The notes below the pieces were generated by a model. That model made no database searches, was not told the DNA's origin, and was given only the letters and a program-made list of their open reading frames with translations. A DNA stretch of 64,000 bases from Bacteroidaceae bacterium (GTDB taxonomy: Bacteria > Bacteroidota > Bacteroidia > Bacteroidales > Bacteroidaceae), in the NCBI GenBank assembly GCA_024398785.1, contig JAKSIO010000004.1:8331-72330 (forward strand), read 5' to 3'. Made by a program: the position numbers and the translations under genes. Shown here one piece after another: positions 27,733 through 38,619 of the stretch; positions within the stretch are counted from its first letter, which is position 1; every line of letters begins with the position of its first letter.

Positions 27733-28305
27733 TTATTTGCAGTTTCTTCCAAGTTCAAGGGCTTTGATGTTCATTGCGACAATATCTTCTCCCTTGCGTC
27801 CGAAAATGGTTTTTACGCTTTCACATAATTTCTCAAAACTGATGCTCTTGAGCGCTTTCGATGCTGCACCAAGAAGAATCATGTTTACGGAGCGTGACAG
27901 GTTGTTCTCTTTTCCTACGGCATCGGTGTCGATAAGAATAAGGTTGCTTACCTGTTTCAATTCGTTGATGATACTCTCTTCCTGCGGATAGTTGGAAATG
28001 TTGATGAACGGATTGGAAGAAGTTATAATCCAACCGTCTTTTGCAAGGAATTCCTTGTAGCGCAATGCTTCCATGGGTTCCATTGCTATGATAATGTCGG
28101 CCCCGCCCTGCGGAATAAGATCGCTTGCTATTTCAGTATCGGAAATTCTGAGGTTTGACTGCACATCGCCGCCGCGCTGACTCATTCCGTGTACTTCTGC
28201 CTGTTTGATATACAGCCCTTCTTCAAGAGCTGCCTGACCTATAATAGTGGCAATGGAAAGTATTCCCTGACCACCTACTCCTGCCAAAATTATATCTGTT
28301 TTCAT
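27733..28305 (-). CDS. iorB: indolepyruvate ferredoxin oxidoreductase, beta subunit
   Basis: 190 aa. The N-terminus ILAGVGGQGILS is typical of the gamma-type domain of 2-oxoacid:ferredoxin oxidoreductases. There is a 4-nt overlap with iorA. Confidence 0.85.
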   Translation of the reverse strand: MKTDIILAGVGGQGILSIATIIGQAALEEGLYIKQAEVHGMSQRGGDVQSNLRISDTEIASDLIPQGGADIIIAMEPMEALRYKEFLAKDGWIITSSNPFINISNYPQEESIINELKQVSNLILIDTDAVGKENNLSRSVNMILLGAASKALKSISFEKLCESVKTIFGRKGEDIVAMNIKALELGRNCK

Positions 28306-29894
28306 TTCTTTGCTTTTGCTTTACGTTTCAATGTTTGAATACACTCTCTGCGCGGAATAATTACAGACAAACCTTTGTATGCAATCTCAGTGCGCAGTAT
28401 GTTTGTAATTTCTTCCATATTCTGTGGAAGCGGAACAACAACTTTCAGATGTTCCGGATTAACTCCTATACCCTGACAGATAGCTTCAAATTTGCCGGTA
28501 CCCTGTGAATCCTGACCTCCGGTCATACCGGTTGTAAGGTTGTCTGAAATGATTACTGTAATGGGCGAATTCGCATTTACAGCATCAAGCAGACCTGTCA
28601 TACCGGAGTGGGTGAATGTACTGTCGCCTATAATGGCAATTGCAGGGAACAGACCTGCATCTGCGGCTCCTTTTGCCATTGTGATAGATGCACCCATATC
28701 TACTGTACTGTCAAGTGCCTTATATGGCGGCAGAGCACCAAGAGTGTAGCAACCTATATCACCGAATACCTTGGCATCGGGAAATTCTTTTACTACAATG
28801 TTGATAGCCTCGTAAACACTGCGGTGACCGCAACCCTGACACAAGGCAGGCGGACGGTTGACTACTGTTTCGGCTTTCTCAAGGTGTGGAAGCTGCTCCA
28901 TTCTGAGAGCGGCTTTTACAATATCCGGGTTCAGTTCTCCCGTACGCGGAAGAGCTCCGCTCAAACGGCCGGTTACATTGCATTCTATCGGTAAAATACC
29001 CTTGATCTGCTCTTCAACGAATGGCTGTCCGTCTTCAATGACCAGAATGGTTGAGCACTGTTGTGCTATCTGTCTTACTGTATTGGCCGGAATAGGGTAT
29101 TGCGACAGTTTCAAAACCGGAAAATCTATGCCGTCAGGATAACATTCCTGCAGGTAATTGTATGTGTTGCCGCAGGCAATGACACCCATTTTGAACTTGT
29201 CCTGGCATTGAGTGTATTTGTTGAACGGTGAGTTTACGGCTTTGTCCATTATAATATCCTGTTTCTCAATGAGGCTTGCATAACGGCGACGGGCTATTGC
29301 CGGCAGAAGCACCCAGTCTTTGGTTCCATTGACAGGGTTTAATTTGTTCTGAGGACGTACGGTTCCAAGTTCAACAACCGCGCGTGAGTGTGCCAGACGG
29401 GTAACAGTGCGCATAAGTACAGGCAACTTGAGTTCTTCTGACAAATCGTATGCATAACCCATCATTGCATAAGCTTCCTGTTGGGTACTTGGCTCAAGAA
29501 CGGGAAGAAGTGCAAATTTGCCGTAGAAACGTGAGTCCTGCTCATCCTGTGATGAGTGCATTGAAGGATCGTCGGCTACCAGGACAACAATTCCGCCGTT
29601 TACACCTGTGATTGATGAGTTGATGAACGGATCGGCAGCAACGTTCAGGCCCACATGTTTCATACATACCAATGCACGCTTGCCGGCAAACGACATTCCA
29701 AGAGCAGCTTCCATGGCTGTCTTTTCGTTTGTGCACCAGTGATTGTGAATTTTTTCTCCAGTACTTTTGCAGTAACCCTGTATATACTCGGTAATTTCTG
29801 TAGAAGGTGTTCCAGGGTAAGCGTATACTCCGCTTAAACCTGCATCCAGGGCTCCTTGAGCTATTGCTTCATCGCCCAGTAAAAGTTTCTTCAT
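28302..29894 (-). CDS. iorA: indolepyruvate ferredoxin oxidoreductase, alpha subunit
   Basis: 530 aa. LLGDEAIAQGALDAGL..YPGTPSTEI at the N-terminus, the TPP-binding block GDIGCYTLG...GDSTF.HSG and the CQGCGHR motif are present. Confidence 0.85.
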   Translation of the reverse strand: MKKLLLGDEAIAQGALDAGLSGVYAYPGTPSTEITEYIQGYCKSTGEKIHNHWCTNEKTAMEAALGMSFAGKRALVCMKHVGLNVAADPFINSSITGVNGGIVVLVADDPSMHSSQDEQDSRFYGKFALLPVLEPSTQQEAYAMMGYAYDLSEELKLPVLMRTVTRLAHSRAVVELGTVRPQNKLNPVNGTKDWVLLPAIARRRYASLIEKQDIIMDKAVNSPFNKYTQCQDKFKMGVIACGNTYNYLQECYPDGIDFPVLKLSQYPIPANTVRQIAQQCSTILVIEDGQPFVEEQIKGILPIECNVTGRLSGALPRTGELNPDIVKAALRMEQLPHLEKAETVVNRPPALCQGCGHRSVYEAINIVVKEFPDAKVFGDIGCYTLGALPPYKALDSTVDMGASITMAKGAADAGLFPAIAIIGDSTFTHSGMTGLLDAVNANSPITVIISDNLTTGMTGGQDSQGTGKFEAICQGIGVNPEHLKVVVPLPQNMEEITNILRTEIAYKGLSVIIPRRECIQTLKRKAKAKK

Positions 29895-29928
29895 GTTAAG
29901 TTATTTCCTTTTTTTTAATATGTGTCCG

Positions 29929-29960
29929 CAAAGTTAATGCAATACTTTTCAATAACCAAA
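29929..29960 (-). promoter_or_regulatory. iorA operon promoter (-33 TTTG / -7 TAACTTTG)
   Basis: On the minus strand: TTTG (29957-29960), 20-nt spacer, TAACTTTG (29929-29936). It lies about 34 nt upstream of the iorA ATG. Confidence 0.6.
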
Positions 29961-30036
29961 TCTATATTCTCTTTTTACCCTGACGTTATTTGTCAGCAAA
30001 AAAATTATTAACTTTACGGCACAAATACTGAGAGCT

Positions 30037-32292
30037 ATGGCAAATGACAATCTGTTTTCGCCTGAAGAGGAAAAACGCATTGACGAGGCTTTTGAAACCT
30101 TGGTGAAAACCTATTTACAAAGTCCGCATCGTAAGAAAGTTGATTTAATTACAAAGGCATTTAATTTTGCCCGTCAGGCACATCATGGCGTACGCCGTCA
30201 CTCAGGCGAGCCTTATATTATGCATCCGCTGGCTGTGGCTCAGATTGTTAGCGGAGAAATAGGCCTGGGCTCAACTTCCATTTGTGCCGCTCTTTTGCAT
30301 GATGTTGTAGAAGATACTGATTACACGACCGATGACATAAAAGTTGTGTTTGGTCCTAAAATCGCTCAGATTGTTGACGGTCTGACAAAGATTGCCGGCG
30401 GTATTTTCGGTGAAAAGGCAAGTGCGCAGGCTGAAAACTTCAAAAAACTTCTCCTTACCATGTCAGACGATATCCGTGTTATTCTGGTAAAGATTGCGGA
30501 CCGTCTGCACAATATGCGCACTTTGGAGTATATGCAGGAGAGAAAACAGTATAAGATAGCAGGCGAGACCCTATACCTGTATGCACCGTTGGCATATCGT
30601 CTGGGACTGAACAATATCAAAACTGAACTTGAAGATCTGGCTTTCCGTTATGAACATCCGGTAGAGTATAAGGAAATAACAGAACAGCTGGAGGTTACAA
30701 GGGCGCAGCGTGACAAGATGTTTGATCAGTTTACAAAACCAATTGTCAACAAACTTAAGGCAATGGGTATTGAATTCAATATTACCAGCCGTACAAAGGA
30801 ACCATATTCAATCTGGAAGAAAATGAATGCTCAGGGAGTGCGTTTTGATGAAGTCTACGACATTCTTGCAGTCCGGATTATTTACAAACCTTTGACTCCT
30901 GAAAGCGAACTTACTGATTGTTTTAATATCTATCTGGCTCTTACCGAACTCTATAAATCTCATCCTGACCGTTTGCGTGACTGGGTTACCTTACCGAAAG
31001 CCAACGGATATCAGGCTCTTCACGTTACGCTGATGAGTTCTTTCGGTTATTGGGTTGAGGTTCAGATACGCAGTGAACGTATGGACGATATTGCTGAACA
31101 TGGAATTGCAGCGCATTGGAAATATAAAAACGGGAATAAAGATGATTATGAGGATAAGGATTCCCAACTTGGAAAATGGCTTGAAACAATTAAAGAGATT
31201 CTTGAGGACCCCCAGCCGGATTCGATGGACTTTCTGGACACCATCAAGCTGAATCTTTATTCTACCGAGATATTTATTTTTACTCCGAAAGGAGAAATTA
31301 TTACAATGCCTCAGGGCAGTACGGTTCTTGATTTTGCATTCGTTATCCATTCCTTCCTTGGAAACCATTGTATAGGAGCCAAGGTTAATCACAAACTGGA
31401 ATCTCTCAACTACGAGTTGAATAGCGGTGATCAGGTAGAGATACTTACGTCAAAAAATCAGAACATACGGCCGGAATGGGTGGAATATGTAACTACTGCC
31501 AAAGCAAAGAGCAAAATTCAGAGTGCATTGCGTAAAGAGGCCCGTACAAATCGCAGGTTCGGTGAGGCTCTGTTCAATGAGTTTCTGCAGAAAGAGGATT
31601 TGAAGATAACTGATGCCCTGATGCAGAAAATAATTGATGCGCATCATCTTCCTGACCGTGACAGTTATATGATGGCTGTAGGTCAGAAGCAAATAATATT
31701 GGGATCCATTGAGAAGGATATCATCAAGGACTCAACGTCCAGCGGTTTCAGCCGTTTCTGGAAACAGGTCCGTGGAGGTGATTCGCAGAAGGAAGAACAG
31801 AAAGCAACCCAGATTACACCTCAGTTTTCTGATACCATCAACATTAAGAAGGGTCTGGTAATAACCGATGCCAACGTTTCCCAATGCATACTGTCTGACT
31901 GTTGTATGCCTGTTCCTGGCGATGATTGCATGGCGTTTATTGATGATAAGAAGAATATCTGCATTCACCGTCGCACATGTGCCGAAGCTACAAAGATTCA
32001 AAGCGGTAAGGGGAATAGCATCACTACGGTCAAATGGGACATCCTTACAACCCTGTTCCCTACAAAGATTACAGTTGAAGGTGTGGATGGTATAGCAACG
32101 TTACACAAAATGACACATATTATCAGCGAGAAACATGGACTCAACATTATCAAGTTGTCCATTGAAACTGCGAAAGGTATGTTCAAAAGTGAAATTCAGA
32201 TGCTGGTAAAGGACAAAAACAGTATTACCAAGGTTATGAATGACCTTAAGAAACTGGAAAACGTCAAAATGGTTGCCCGTTTGGAGAAATAG
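30037..32292 (+). CDS. bifunctional (p)ppGpp synthetase/hydrolase, RelA/SpoT family
   Basis: HD hydrolase domain (HSGEPYIMHPLAVA...LLHDVVEDT), then the RelA_SpoT synthetase block (YKSHPDRLRDWVTLPKANGYQALHVT), then TGS and ACT-like C-terminal domains. Confidence 0.9.
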   Translation: MANDNLFSPEEEKRIDEAFETLVKTYLQSPHRKKVDLITKAFNFARQAHHGVRRHSGEPYIMHPLAVAQIVSGEIGLGSTSICAALLHDVVEDTDYTTDDIKVVFGPKIAQIVDGLTKIAGGIFGEKASAQAENFKKLLLTMSDDIRVILVKIADRLHNMRTLEYMQERKQYKIAGETLYLYAPLAYRLGLNNIKTELEDLAFRYEHPVEYKEITEQLEVTRAQRDKMFDQFTKPIVNKLKAMGIEFNITSRTKEPYSIWKKMNAQGVRFDEVYDILAVRIIYKPLTPESELTDCFNIYLALTELYKSHPDRLRDWVTLPKANGYQALHVTLMSSFGYWVEVQIRSERMDDIAEHGIAAHWKYKNGNKDDYEDKDSQLGKWLETIKEILEDPQPDSMDFLDTIKLNLYSTEIFIFTPKGEIITMPQGSTVLDFAFVIHSFLGNHCIGAKVNHKLESLNYELNSGDQVEILTSKNQNIRPEWVEYVTTAKAKSKIQSALRKEARTNRRFGEALFNEFLQKEDLKITDALMQKIIDAHHLPDRDSYMMAVGQKQIILGSIEKDIIKDSTSSGFSRFWKQVRGGDSQKEEQKATQITPQFSDTINIKKGLVITDANVSQCILSDCCMPVPGDDCMAFIDDKKNICIHRRTCAEATKIQSGKGNSITTVKWDILTTLFPTKITVEGVDGIATLHKMTHIISEKHGLNIIKLSIETAKGMFKSEIQMLVKDKNSITKVMNDLKKLENVKMVARLEK

Positions 32293-32629
32293 CGTCGAGC
32301 GCTTTTTGCAGTTCCTCCAGTTGGGAGCGGATATTTGCAAGACGTTCGGCGACAGATGTTGTTTTTGTGGCGGCACTGGGCTTTTCCTTAATCAGTTTGG
32401 CTGCTCCGGAAAGTGTCATTTTCTGCTCAACAACATAGTATACTATCAACTTGATAAGATCCAAATCTTTCTGCGTGTACAATCTTACCCCGCGGTTGTT
32501 AGTCTTGGGTTTCAAATCAGGAAACACTGTTTCCCAATAACGCAGTTTGGAAGCCGGTTGCTGAAATAATTCAGAAACTTCGGTAATAGAGTAGTATCGT
32601 TTGATTTCTTTTTCTGCGTCAAGTGCCAT
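32264..32629 (-). CDS. MerR-family transcriptional regulator
   Basis: YYSITEVSELFQQPASKLRYWETVF...GVRLYTQKDLDLIKLI is a MerR HTH. Its 3' end overlaps the relA/spoT 3' end by 29 bp. Confidence 0.75.
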   Translation of the reverse strand: MALDAEKEIKRYYSITEVSELFQQPASKLRYWETVFPDLKPKTNNRGVRLYTQKDLDLIKLIVYYVVEQKMTLSGAAKLIKEKPSAATKTTSVAERLANIRSQLEELQKALDAISPNGQPF

Positions 32630-32646
32630 ATGCTTGGAAATATTGA

Positions 32647-33618
32647 TTAGTCGAAAACTTTTGTATTGTTGTCGGCAAGGCGCATCAGTTCAAGATACTG
32701 ATCTGCATCCAGATCCTTAAAGAAGTAGTTTGCAGGATTGTCGTTCTTGCCGTTTATCAACACTTCGTAATGAAGGTGCGGTCCGGTACTCTTACCTGTT
32801 GAACCTGACAGGGCAATGACCTGTCCGCGTACCACCTTGTCTCCTTTTTGCACCTTGAATGAATCAAGATGGGCATATCTTGTTGTGTAACCATACCCGT
32901 GATCAATAACAATCAGGTTTCCGAAACTGCCGCGTTCCGCAGCCCAGGTTACGGTGCCGTTTCCTGTGGCATAGACAGGGGTCTTCTTTGGAACCGCAAA
33001 ATCAATTCCTGCATGGAACTTCTGTGTATGGTAGATAGGATCAATACGGTAACCGTATCCGGAAGGTTGCCAGATAAAATTCTTGTTATACAGAGGCTGT
33101 ATGGCGGGAATTGAAGCAAGACGGTCTTCATTTTTCTTTATCAGTTCAGCCAGTTCTGCAAAAGAATTGGACTGAATGTACAATTGACCCTCAAGTTCCT
33201 GACTGTGCTTTTTTAGCATTTCAATAAGTTCCCTGTTGCTTTGGGTGAGAAATTCCTGATATGACGGCAAAGTGTCAGATTCAGAAATAATCTGAAATGA
33301 CCTGTCTGCGGGTTTTGTTCCCATCAGAACACGATACATATTGTCATCATGATGCTGTATGTCATTCAGAACGGAGAATGCATTGTTGATTCGTTTTTCA
33401 AGAATGGAATACTGCATTGAAAGTTCTTTGTTTTCGCGTTGCAGATCTTTTACCTTGGGTCTGTTTGCGATAAGAATGTATATTCCTGTAAAAACTCCAC
33501 CTATAAGGACACAGTAGATAAAGTTTCTGATATATGTCTTTACTCTCTGCCTGTATGTTGGGTATACACGTCTGTAAAGATGATGGGCCGGATCGTATTG
33601 ATAATAAACTTTATGCAC
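32647..33618 (-). CDS. M23-family peptidoglycan metalloendopeptidase
   Basis: N-terminal TM anchor plus coiled coil. HAGIDFA.... and GSTGKSTGPHLHYEV are the M23 Zn-ligand motifs. Confidence 0.85.
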   Translation of the reverse strand: MHKVYYQYDPAHHLYRRVYPTYRQRVKTYIRNFIYCVLIGGVFTGIYILIANRPKVKDLQRENKELSMQYSILEKRINNAFSVLNDIQHHDDNMYRVLMGTKPADRSFQIISESDTLPSYQEFLTQSNRELIEMLKKHSQELEGQLYIQSNSFAELAELIKKNEDRLASIPAIQPLYNKNFIWQPSGYGYRIDPIYHTQKFHAGIDFAVPKKTPVYATGNGTVTWAAERGSFGNLIVIDHGYGYTTRYAHLDSFKVQKGDKVVRGQVIALSGSTGKSTGPHLHYEVLINGKNDNPANYFFKDLDADQYLELMRLADNNTKVFD

Positions 33619-33637
33619 TGTATTTTGCTTTTTTCTC

Positions 33638-33669
33638 TTTGCAAATGTACTGAAATAGAATTATCTTTG
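33638..33669 (+). promoter_or_regulatory. alaS promoter (-33 TTTG / -7 TATCTTTG)
   Basis: TTTG 33638-33641, 20-nt spacer, TATCTTTG 33662-33669. It lies 28 nt before the alaS ATG. Confidence 0.6.
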
Positions 33670-33697
33670 CAAACAATTTTATTCAAATATCAAAACG

Positions 33698-36310
33698 ATG
33701 ATGACAGCAAAAGAAATCCGTCAGTCTTTCAAGGATTTTTTTGAAAGTAAAGGCCATTTGATTGTGCCCTCGGCTCCTATGGTAGTGAAAGGAGACCCTA
33801 CACTTATGTTTACCAATGCAGGTATGAACCAGTTCAAGGATGTGATCCTTGGTAATGCGGCGGCAAAATCTAAGCGTGTGGCGGATTCACAGAAGTGTCT
33901 GCGCGTAAGCGGCAAGCACAATGATCTTGAAGAGGTTGGTCACGATACATACCATCATACAATGTTTGAGATGCTGGGCAACTGGTCTTTTGGCGATTAT
34001 TTCAAGAAAGAGGCTATTGACTGGGCATGGGAGTATCTGGTGGATGTTCTCAAACTGGACCCTAAGAACCTGTATGCTACAGTATTTGAGGGCAGTGAGG
34101 AAGAGGGCATCGCACGTGATGATGAAGCTGCTTCCTATTGGGAGAAACATCTTCCCAAAGACCATATCATAAATGGAAACAAGCATGACAATTTCTGGGA
34201 AATGGGCGATACCGGTCCATGTGGTCCGTGCTCTGAAATCCATGTTGATTCCCGTTCAGAACAGGAAAAAGCCCAGATTCCGGGCCGTGATCTTGTAAAC
34301 AAGGACCATCCGCAGGTTATAGAAATCTGGAACCTTGTGTTCATGCAGTACAACCGTAAGGCAGACCATTCACTTGAACCGCTTCCTGCCAAGGTTATTG
34401 ATACCGGTATGGGATTCGAGCGTCTGGTGCGCACACTGCAGGGAAAACAGTCCAATTATGATACAGATGTTTTCCAGCCAATGATTGCCGCAATAGGTAA
34501 TTTGTCTGGAAAGAAATATGGTGTTGACAAGGACGTTGACGTTGCAATGCGTGTTATTGCGGACCATATCCGTACAATATCCTTTGCAATCACAGACGGT
34601 CAGTTGCCGTCCAATGCAAAGGCAGGTTATGTTATTCGCCGTATTTTGCGCCGTGCAGTACGTTATGCATATACGTTCCTTGGTCAGAAAGATGCTTTTC
34701 TGTACAAACTGCTTCCTACTTTGATAGAAAGTATGGGTGATGCCTATCCTGAACTTGAGGCTCAGAAAGTTCTTGTTGAGAAAGTAATTATTGAAGAGGA
34801 AGAAGCCTTCCTGCGTACTCTTGAAACAGGTATGCGTCTTTTGGACAAGGTTATAGCCGATGCCAAATCTGCCAAAACTACTGTAGTAAGCGGTGTATCA
34901 GCCTTTACTCTTTACGATACTTTCGGTTTCCCGTTGGATCTTACACAACTTATTCTGCGTGAGAACGGCCTTACTGTAGATACAGCTCAGTTTGACGTTG
35001 AAATGGGCAAACAGAAAGAACGCGCACGCAATGCCGCAGCTACTGAGAACGGCGATTGGATTACCATCAAGGAGGGTGAAAGCCGCTTTGTCGGTTATGA
35101 TGTTACTGAACATGACTGTTCTGTTCTGCGTTACCGTTCTGTAAAGCAGAAAGATAAAACACAGTACCAGTTGGTGCTTGATTACACTCCTTTCTATGCT
35201 GAAATGGGTGGTCAGTTGGGAGACAACGGTGTTCTTGTAAGCGAATTTGAAACAATTGACATTGTTGATACAAAGAAAGAAAACGGTCTTGCAATACATA
35301 TCTGCAACAAACTACCGGAGCATATAGATGCGCCTATGATGGCATGCGTCAACGTAGATGATCGCCGTGCTTCAGAATCAAACCATACGGCAACCCACCT
35401 TTTGGACGAGGCTCTGCGTGAAGTACTTGGAACACATATCGAACAGAAGGGTTCTATGGTTTCTTCTAAGATGTTGCGTTTTGATTTCAGTCATTTCCAG
35501 AAAGTGACAGATCAGGAACTGCGTCAGGTAGAGGCTATGGTAAATGAAAAGATCAGAGAAAACATACCTCTTACCGAGTACCGCGACTATCCTATAGAGA
35601 AAGCCCGTCAGCTTGGTGCTATTGCTCTTTTCGGTGAAAAATACGGAGACAAGGTACGTGTTGTCCAATTCGGTCAGTCAATAGAGTTCTGCGGTGGTGT
35701 ACATGCACATTCAACAGGACAGATAGGAATGTTCAGAATTCTGTCAGAGAGTTCAATCTCGGCAGGAGTCCGTCGTATTGAGGCTATTACAGGTAAAGCT
35801 GTAGAAGATGCATTCAATGATATGAGCGATACTCTTGCTGCAATCAAGGGAATGTTCAACAATGTTCCGGATGTTCAGGGTGCTATTTCCAAATTCATTG
35901 CAGAGAACAGCGACCTTAAGAAACAATGTGAGGAACTTCTTGCAGAGAAGAGCAAGATTGTTAAGGATTCTCTTACAGCAAACTCTTCTGCCAAGGGCGA
36001 TATAAAGATTATCAAGGGTGTTGTCAATATGCCGGCCGATGTCATCCGCAATATGGCATTCCAGTTGCGTGCCGAGAATGCGGCAAATACGGCAATAATT
36101 ATTGGAAGTGCCCAGGCAGGCCGTCCGCAGATTACAATTGCTTTGAGCGATGATTTGGTCAAAGCCGGTAAGAATGCAGGTCAGTTGATCCGTTCCGCAG
36201 CCAAGCATATTCAGGGTGGCGGAGGCGGTCAGCCTCATTTTGCAAGTGCCGGAGGTAAAGATGCATCCGGGCTTGAACGTGCATTGGAACAGGTTATTCA
36301 GGATCTATAG
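33698..36310 (+). CDS. alaS: alanine-tRNA ligase
   Basis: 870 aa. [28 protein letters not shown] and the editing-domain HTATHLL...H motif are present. Confidence 0.95.
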   Translation: MMTAKEIRQSFKDFFESKGHLIVPSAPMVVKGDPTLMFTNAGMNQFKDVILGNAAAKSKRVADSQKCLRVSGKHNDLEEVGHDTYHHTMFEMLGNWSFGDYFKKEAIDWAWEYLVDVLKLDPKNLYATVFEGSEEEGIARDDEAASYWEKHLPKDHIINGNKHDNFWEMGDTGPCGPCSEIHVDSRSEQEKAQIPGRDLVNKDHPQVIEIWNLVFMQYNRKADHSLEPLPAKVIDTGMGFERLVRTLQGKQSNYDTDVFQPMIAAIGNLSGKKYGVDKDVDVAMRVIADHIRTISFAITDGQLPSNAKAGYVIRRILRRAVRYAYTFLGQKDAFLYKLLPTLIESMGDAYPELEAQKVLVEKVIIEEEEAFLRTLETGMRLLDKVIADAKSAKTTVVSGVSAFTLYDTFGFPLDLTQLILRENGLTVDTAQFDVEMGKQKERARNAAATENGDWITIKEGESRFVGYDVTEHDCSVLRYRSVKQKDKTQYQLVLDYTPFYAEMGGQLGDNGVLVSEFETIDIVDTKKENGLAIHICNKLPEHIDAPMMACVNVDDRRASESNHTATHLLDEALREVLGTHIEQKGSMVSSKMLRFDFSHFQKVTDQELRQVEAMVNEKIRENIPLTEYRDYPIEKARQLGAIALFGEKYGDKVRVVQFGQSIEFCGGVHAHSTGQIGMFRILSESSISAGVRRIEAITGKAVEDAFNDMSDTLAAIKGMFNNVPDVQGAISKFIAENSDLKKQCEELLAEKSKIVKDSLTANSSAKGDIKIIKGVVNMPADVIRNMAFQLRAENAANTAIIIGSAQAGRPQITIALSDDLVKAGKNAGQLIRSAAKHIQGGGGGQPHFASAGGKDASGLERALEQVIQDL

Positions 36311-37748
36311 AATCAGCGGGGCAGTTTACCAGGTAAACCTGCCCCGTTGCTCTTGTAAGGGCGGTATAGAGCCAACGGTAATAATCCATATCCGGTGTGG
36401 CATCGGGAGCAAGGTAACCCTGATCAATAAATACACTGTTCCACTGTCCGCCTTGTGCCTTGTGACAGGTTATGGCATATCCGTATTTGACCTGCAAAGC
36501 ATTGAAATACTTATTCTCTCTTATTTTCTTGTATCGTTCAGCTTTGCGTTTTATTCCGGAGTAGTCTTCCATCACGTTGCGGAACAGCTCTTCGCTTCTT
36601 TCCTGTGTCAGTGACGGTGACGGAGAAGAAAGTGTTTCCAGCAGGATGTTTACGTCCATTTCATAATTGTCATAATACGGAATTTCAATGGTAATCTTTG
36701 CAAACCTGAATCCGTACAGCTCAGTTTCACCGCGTACTTTCCGTACTCTGACCAGCTCTCCGTTGGCAATGAAATTGCATGGAACGTCGGCATCGGGCCC
36801 GATTGATTCTGTCCAGTAGTAGTTGTTTTTGGCAACCATCAATAAATCTCCGGCCGAGAGTTTCTCCTCACGTCCCAGTATAGAATTCCTTATGCCGTTA
36901 TTGTATATCCATGCACGTTTGTTTGAGCGGCATATTACAACAGTCTGGTCAATACCGTAACGGGAATATGATGATGAAATGGTTTCAATCAGATCTGCAG
37001 AACTTACTACACTGATGTCATTGAATCCTTTCAGTTTGTACTTGAATGAGGGTATGTTTACATCTTCATTGCTGAATCCGGTGATAATCTCTCTGATATT
37101 TGTGGCATTGTATAGTATTCCAGATTGCTGTTCCTGCCGCATAACCTGTGTCAATGTGAACTGCATCACTTTGCGGAACATGTCTTTCTCAAGAAATGCA
37201 GCATTGAGTGCAGGTGACTCTGTCTGACCTACAGGCGGAAGCTGCGCACTGTCACCAATCAGCATCAGGCGACATCCTTGTCCGTTATACACATATTCCA
37301 TCAAATCATCAAGAAGCGAGCCGGAACCGAATTCAGCTCCGGAAGAACCTGAAACGTAAATCATTGACGCCTCGTCCACAATGAACAGGGTGTTTTTGCT
37401 TTCGTTGTTTCCCAAAACAAAACATGTAGGGTCTGTTATGGATTTCTGCCTGTATATTCTTTTGTGAATGGTGGTGGCGCTGTGCCCGCTGTATGATTGC
37501 ATTACGTTTGAGGCACGTCCTGTCGGAGCCAGAAGGACTGCATGCATGCCTATTTTCCGCAATGATTTTACCAATGTCCCCACAATTGTTGTCTTACCAG
37601 TTCCGGCATAGCCTTTCAATACGAAGATGGCATCGTTTTCTGCACAAATGAATTCTGCAAGTTCTTCAAATAATGAACTTTGCTGCAAAGTGGGCGTAAA
37701 TGGAAAATTATTCTGTAAACTGTTGCAAAATACTTCTTTGCCAATCAT
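36294..37748 (-). CDS. RecD-like (AAA_30/UvrD_C_2) DNA helicase
   Basis: Walker [15 protein letters not shown] (Walker B), and C-terminal [17 protein letters not shown]. Its 3' end overlaps the alaS 3' end by 17 bp. Confidence 0.8.
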   Translation of the reverse strand: MIGKEVFCNSLQNNFPFTPTLQQSSLFEELAEFICAENDAIFVLKGYAGTGKTTIVGTLVKSLRKIGMHAVLLAPTGRASNVMQSYSGHSATTIHKRIYRQKSITDPTCFVLGNNESKNTLFIVDEASMIYVSGSSGAEFGSGSLLDDLMEYVYNGQGCRLMLIGDSAQLPPVGQTESPALNAAFLEKDMFRKVMQFTLTQVMRQEQQSGILYNATNIREIITGFSNEDVNIPSFKYKLKGFNDISVVSSADLIETISSSYSRYGIDQTVVICRSNKRAWIYNNGIRNSILGREEKLSAGDLLMVAKNNYYWTESIGPDADVPCNFIANGELVRVRKVRGETELYGFRFAKITIEIPYYDNYEMDVNILLETLSSPSPSLTQERSEELFRNVMEDYSGIKRKAERYKKIRENKYFNALQVKYGYAITCHKAQGGQWNSVFIDQGYLAPDATPDMDYYRWLYTALTRATGQVYLVNCPADSIDPE

Positions 37749-37802
37749 AAATGTGCAATATTTAAGAAATTTTTTGAATTGCTTTGGTAATTATTTTCTA
37801 TT

Positions 37803-37834
37803 TTTGCAAAAAATAGGCTTATACTTTATTTTTG
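37803..37834 (+). promoter_or_regulatory. promoter of the 37867 gene (-33 TTTG / -7 TATTTTTG)
   Basis: TTTG 37803-37806, 20-nt spacer, TATTTTTG 37827-37834. It lies 32 nt before the ATG at 37867. A second TATTTTTG sits at 37799-37806. Confidence 0.55.
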
Positions 37835-37866
37835 AGTCGCTAAAGTAATAAAAATAAACAACAATA

Positions 37867-38607
37867 ATGAAGAAAATTATCAACATCATTTTGGGAGTTT
37901 GTATAGCAGGTCTGGTGTATATTCTGGTAGAAAGCATTATGGCTCCGATCAGGTTCGATGAACTTAAAACCGCCAGAGACAATGCTGTTATCAATCGTCT
38001 TATTGATATCCGTTCTGCTCAGATTGAGTATGCAAATCAGCATAAGTCGCAATATACTGCAGACTTTGATGAACTGATTGAATTTGTCAAGGTTGCCAAG
38101 TTGCCGCTTGTAAGCAAGGTAGGTGAACTTACTGATGCTCAGCTTGATGATGAGTGGACAACACCTAAAGTAATGGAACTCTATTATAACGCAAAGCATG
38201 CTGCATCCAAGAAAGAGGCTGACAAACTGTGGAAAGAGGCTGAGGAAGCCGGTCTGGTCAAGATTCTTGACAATGGTGAGATAGAGTATTACTTTAACCG
38301 TGATACTACATGGGTTGATATGATTGATTCCGTTTATAAAAGAGATAATTTCTGTCCGGATTCTTTGCGCTATGTTCCGTTCACTGACGGTATAGAGTTT
38401 GAAATGGCAACCGGTACAGATACCACAAAATCAGGTACAGTCCTGTATCTGTTCGAGGCAAAGACTTTGTATAAGAACTATCTGAAGGGTCTTGACAAGC
38501 AGGAAGTAATCAACCTGATTGATGAATGCGAACAGCTTGACCGCTATCCTGGAATGAAAGTGGGTAGTATAGAAGGCAGTAACAACAACGCTGGTAACTG
38601 GGAATAA
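37867..38607 (+). CDS. membrane-anchored hypothetical protein
   Basis: Single N-terminal TM helix (IINIILGVCIAGLVYILV), then a helical region with a pilin-like flavour (...IRSAQIEYAN...). No catalytic motif. Confidence 0.5.
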   Translation: MKKIINIILGVCIAGLVYILVESIMAPIRFDELKTARDNAVINRLIDIRSAQIEYANQHKSQYTADFDELIEFVKVAKLPLVSKVGELTDAQLDDEWTTPKVMELYYNAKHAASKKEADKLWKEAEEAGLVKILDNGEIEYYFNRDTTWVDMIDSVYKRDNFCPDSLRYVPFTDGIEFEMATGTDTTKSGTVLYLFEAKTLYKNYLKGLDKQEVINLIDECEQLDRYPGMKVGSIEGSNNNAGNWE

Positions 38608-38619
38608 TACTTATCTCTT

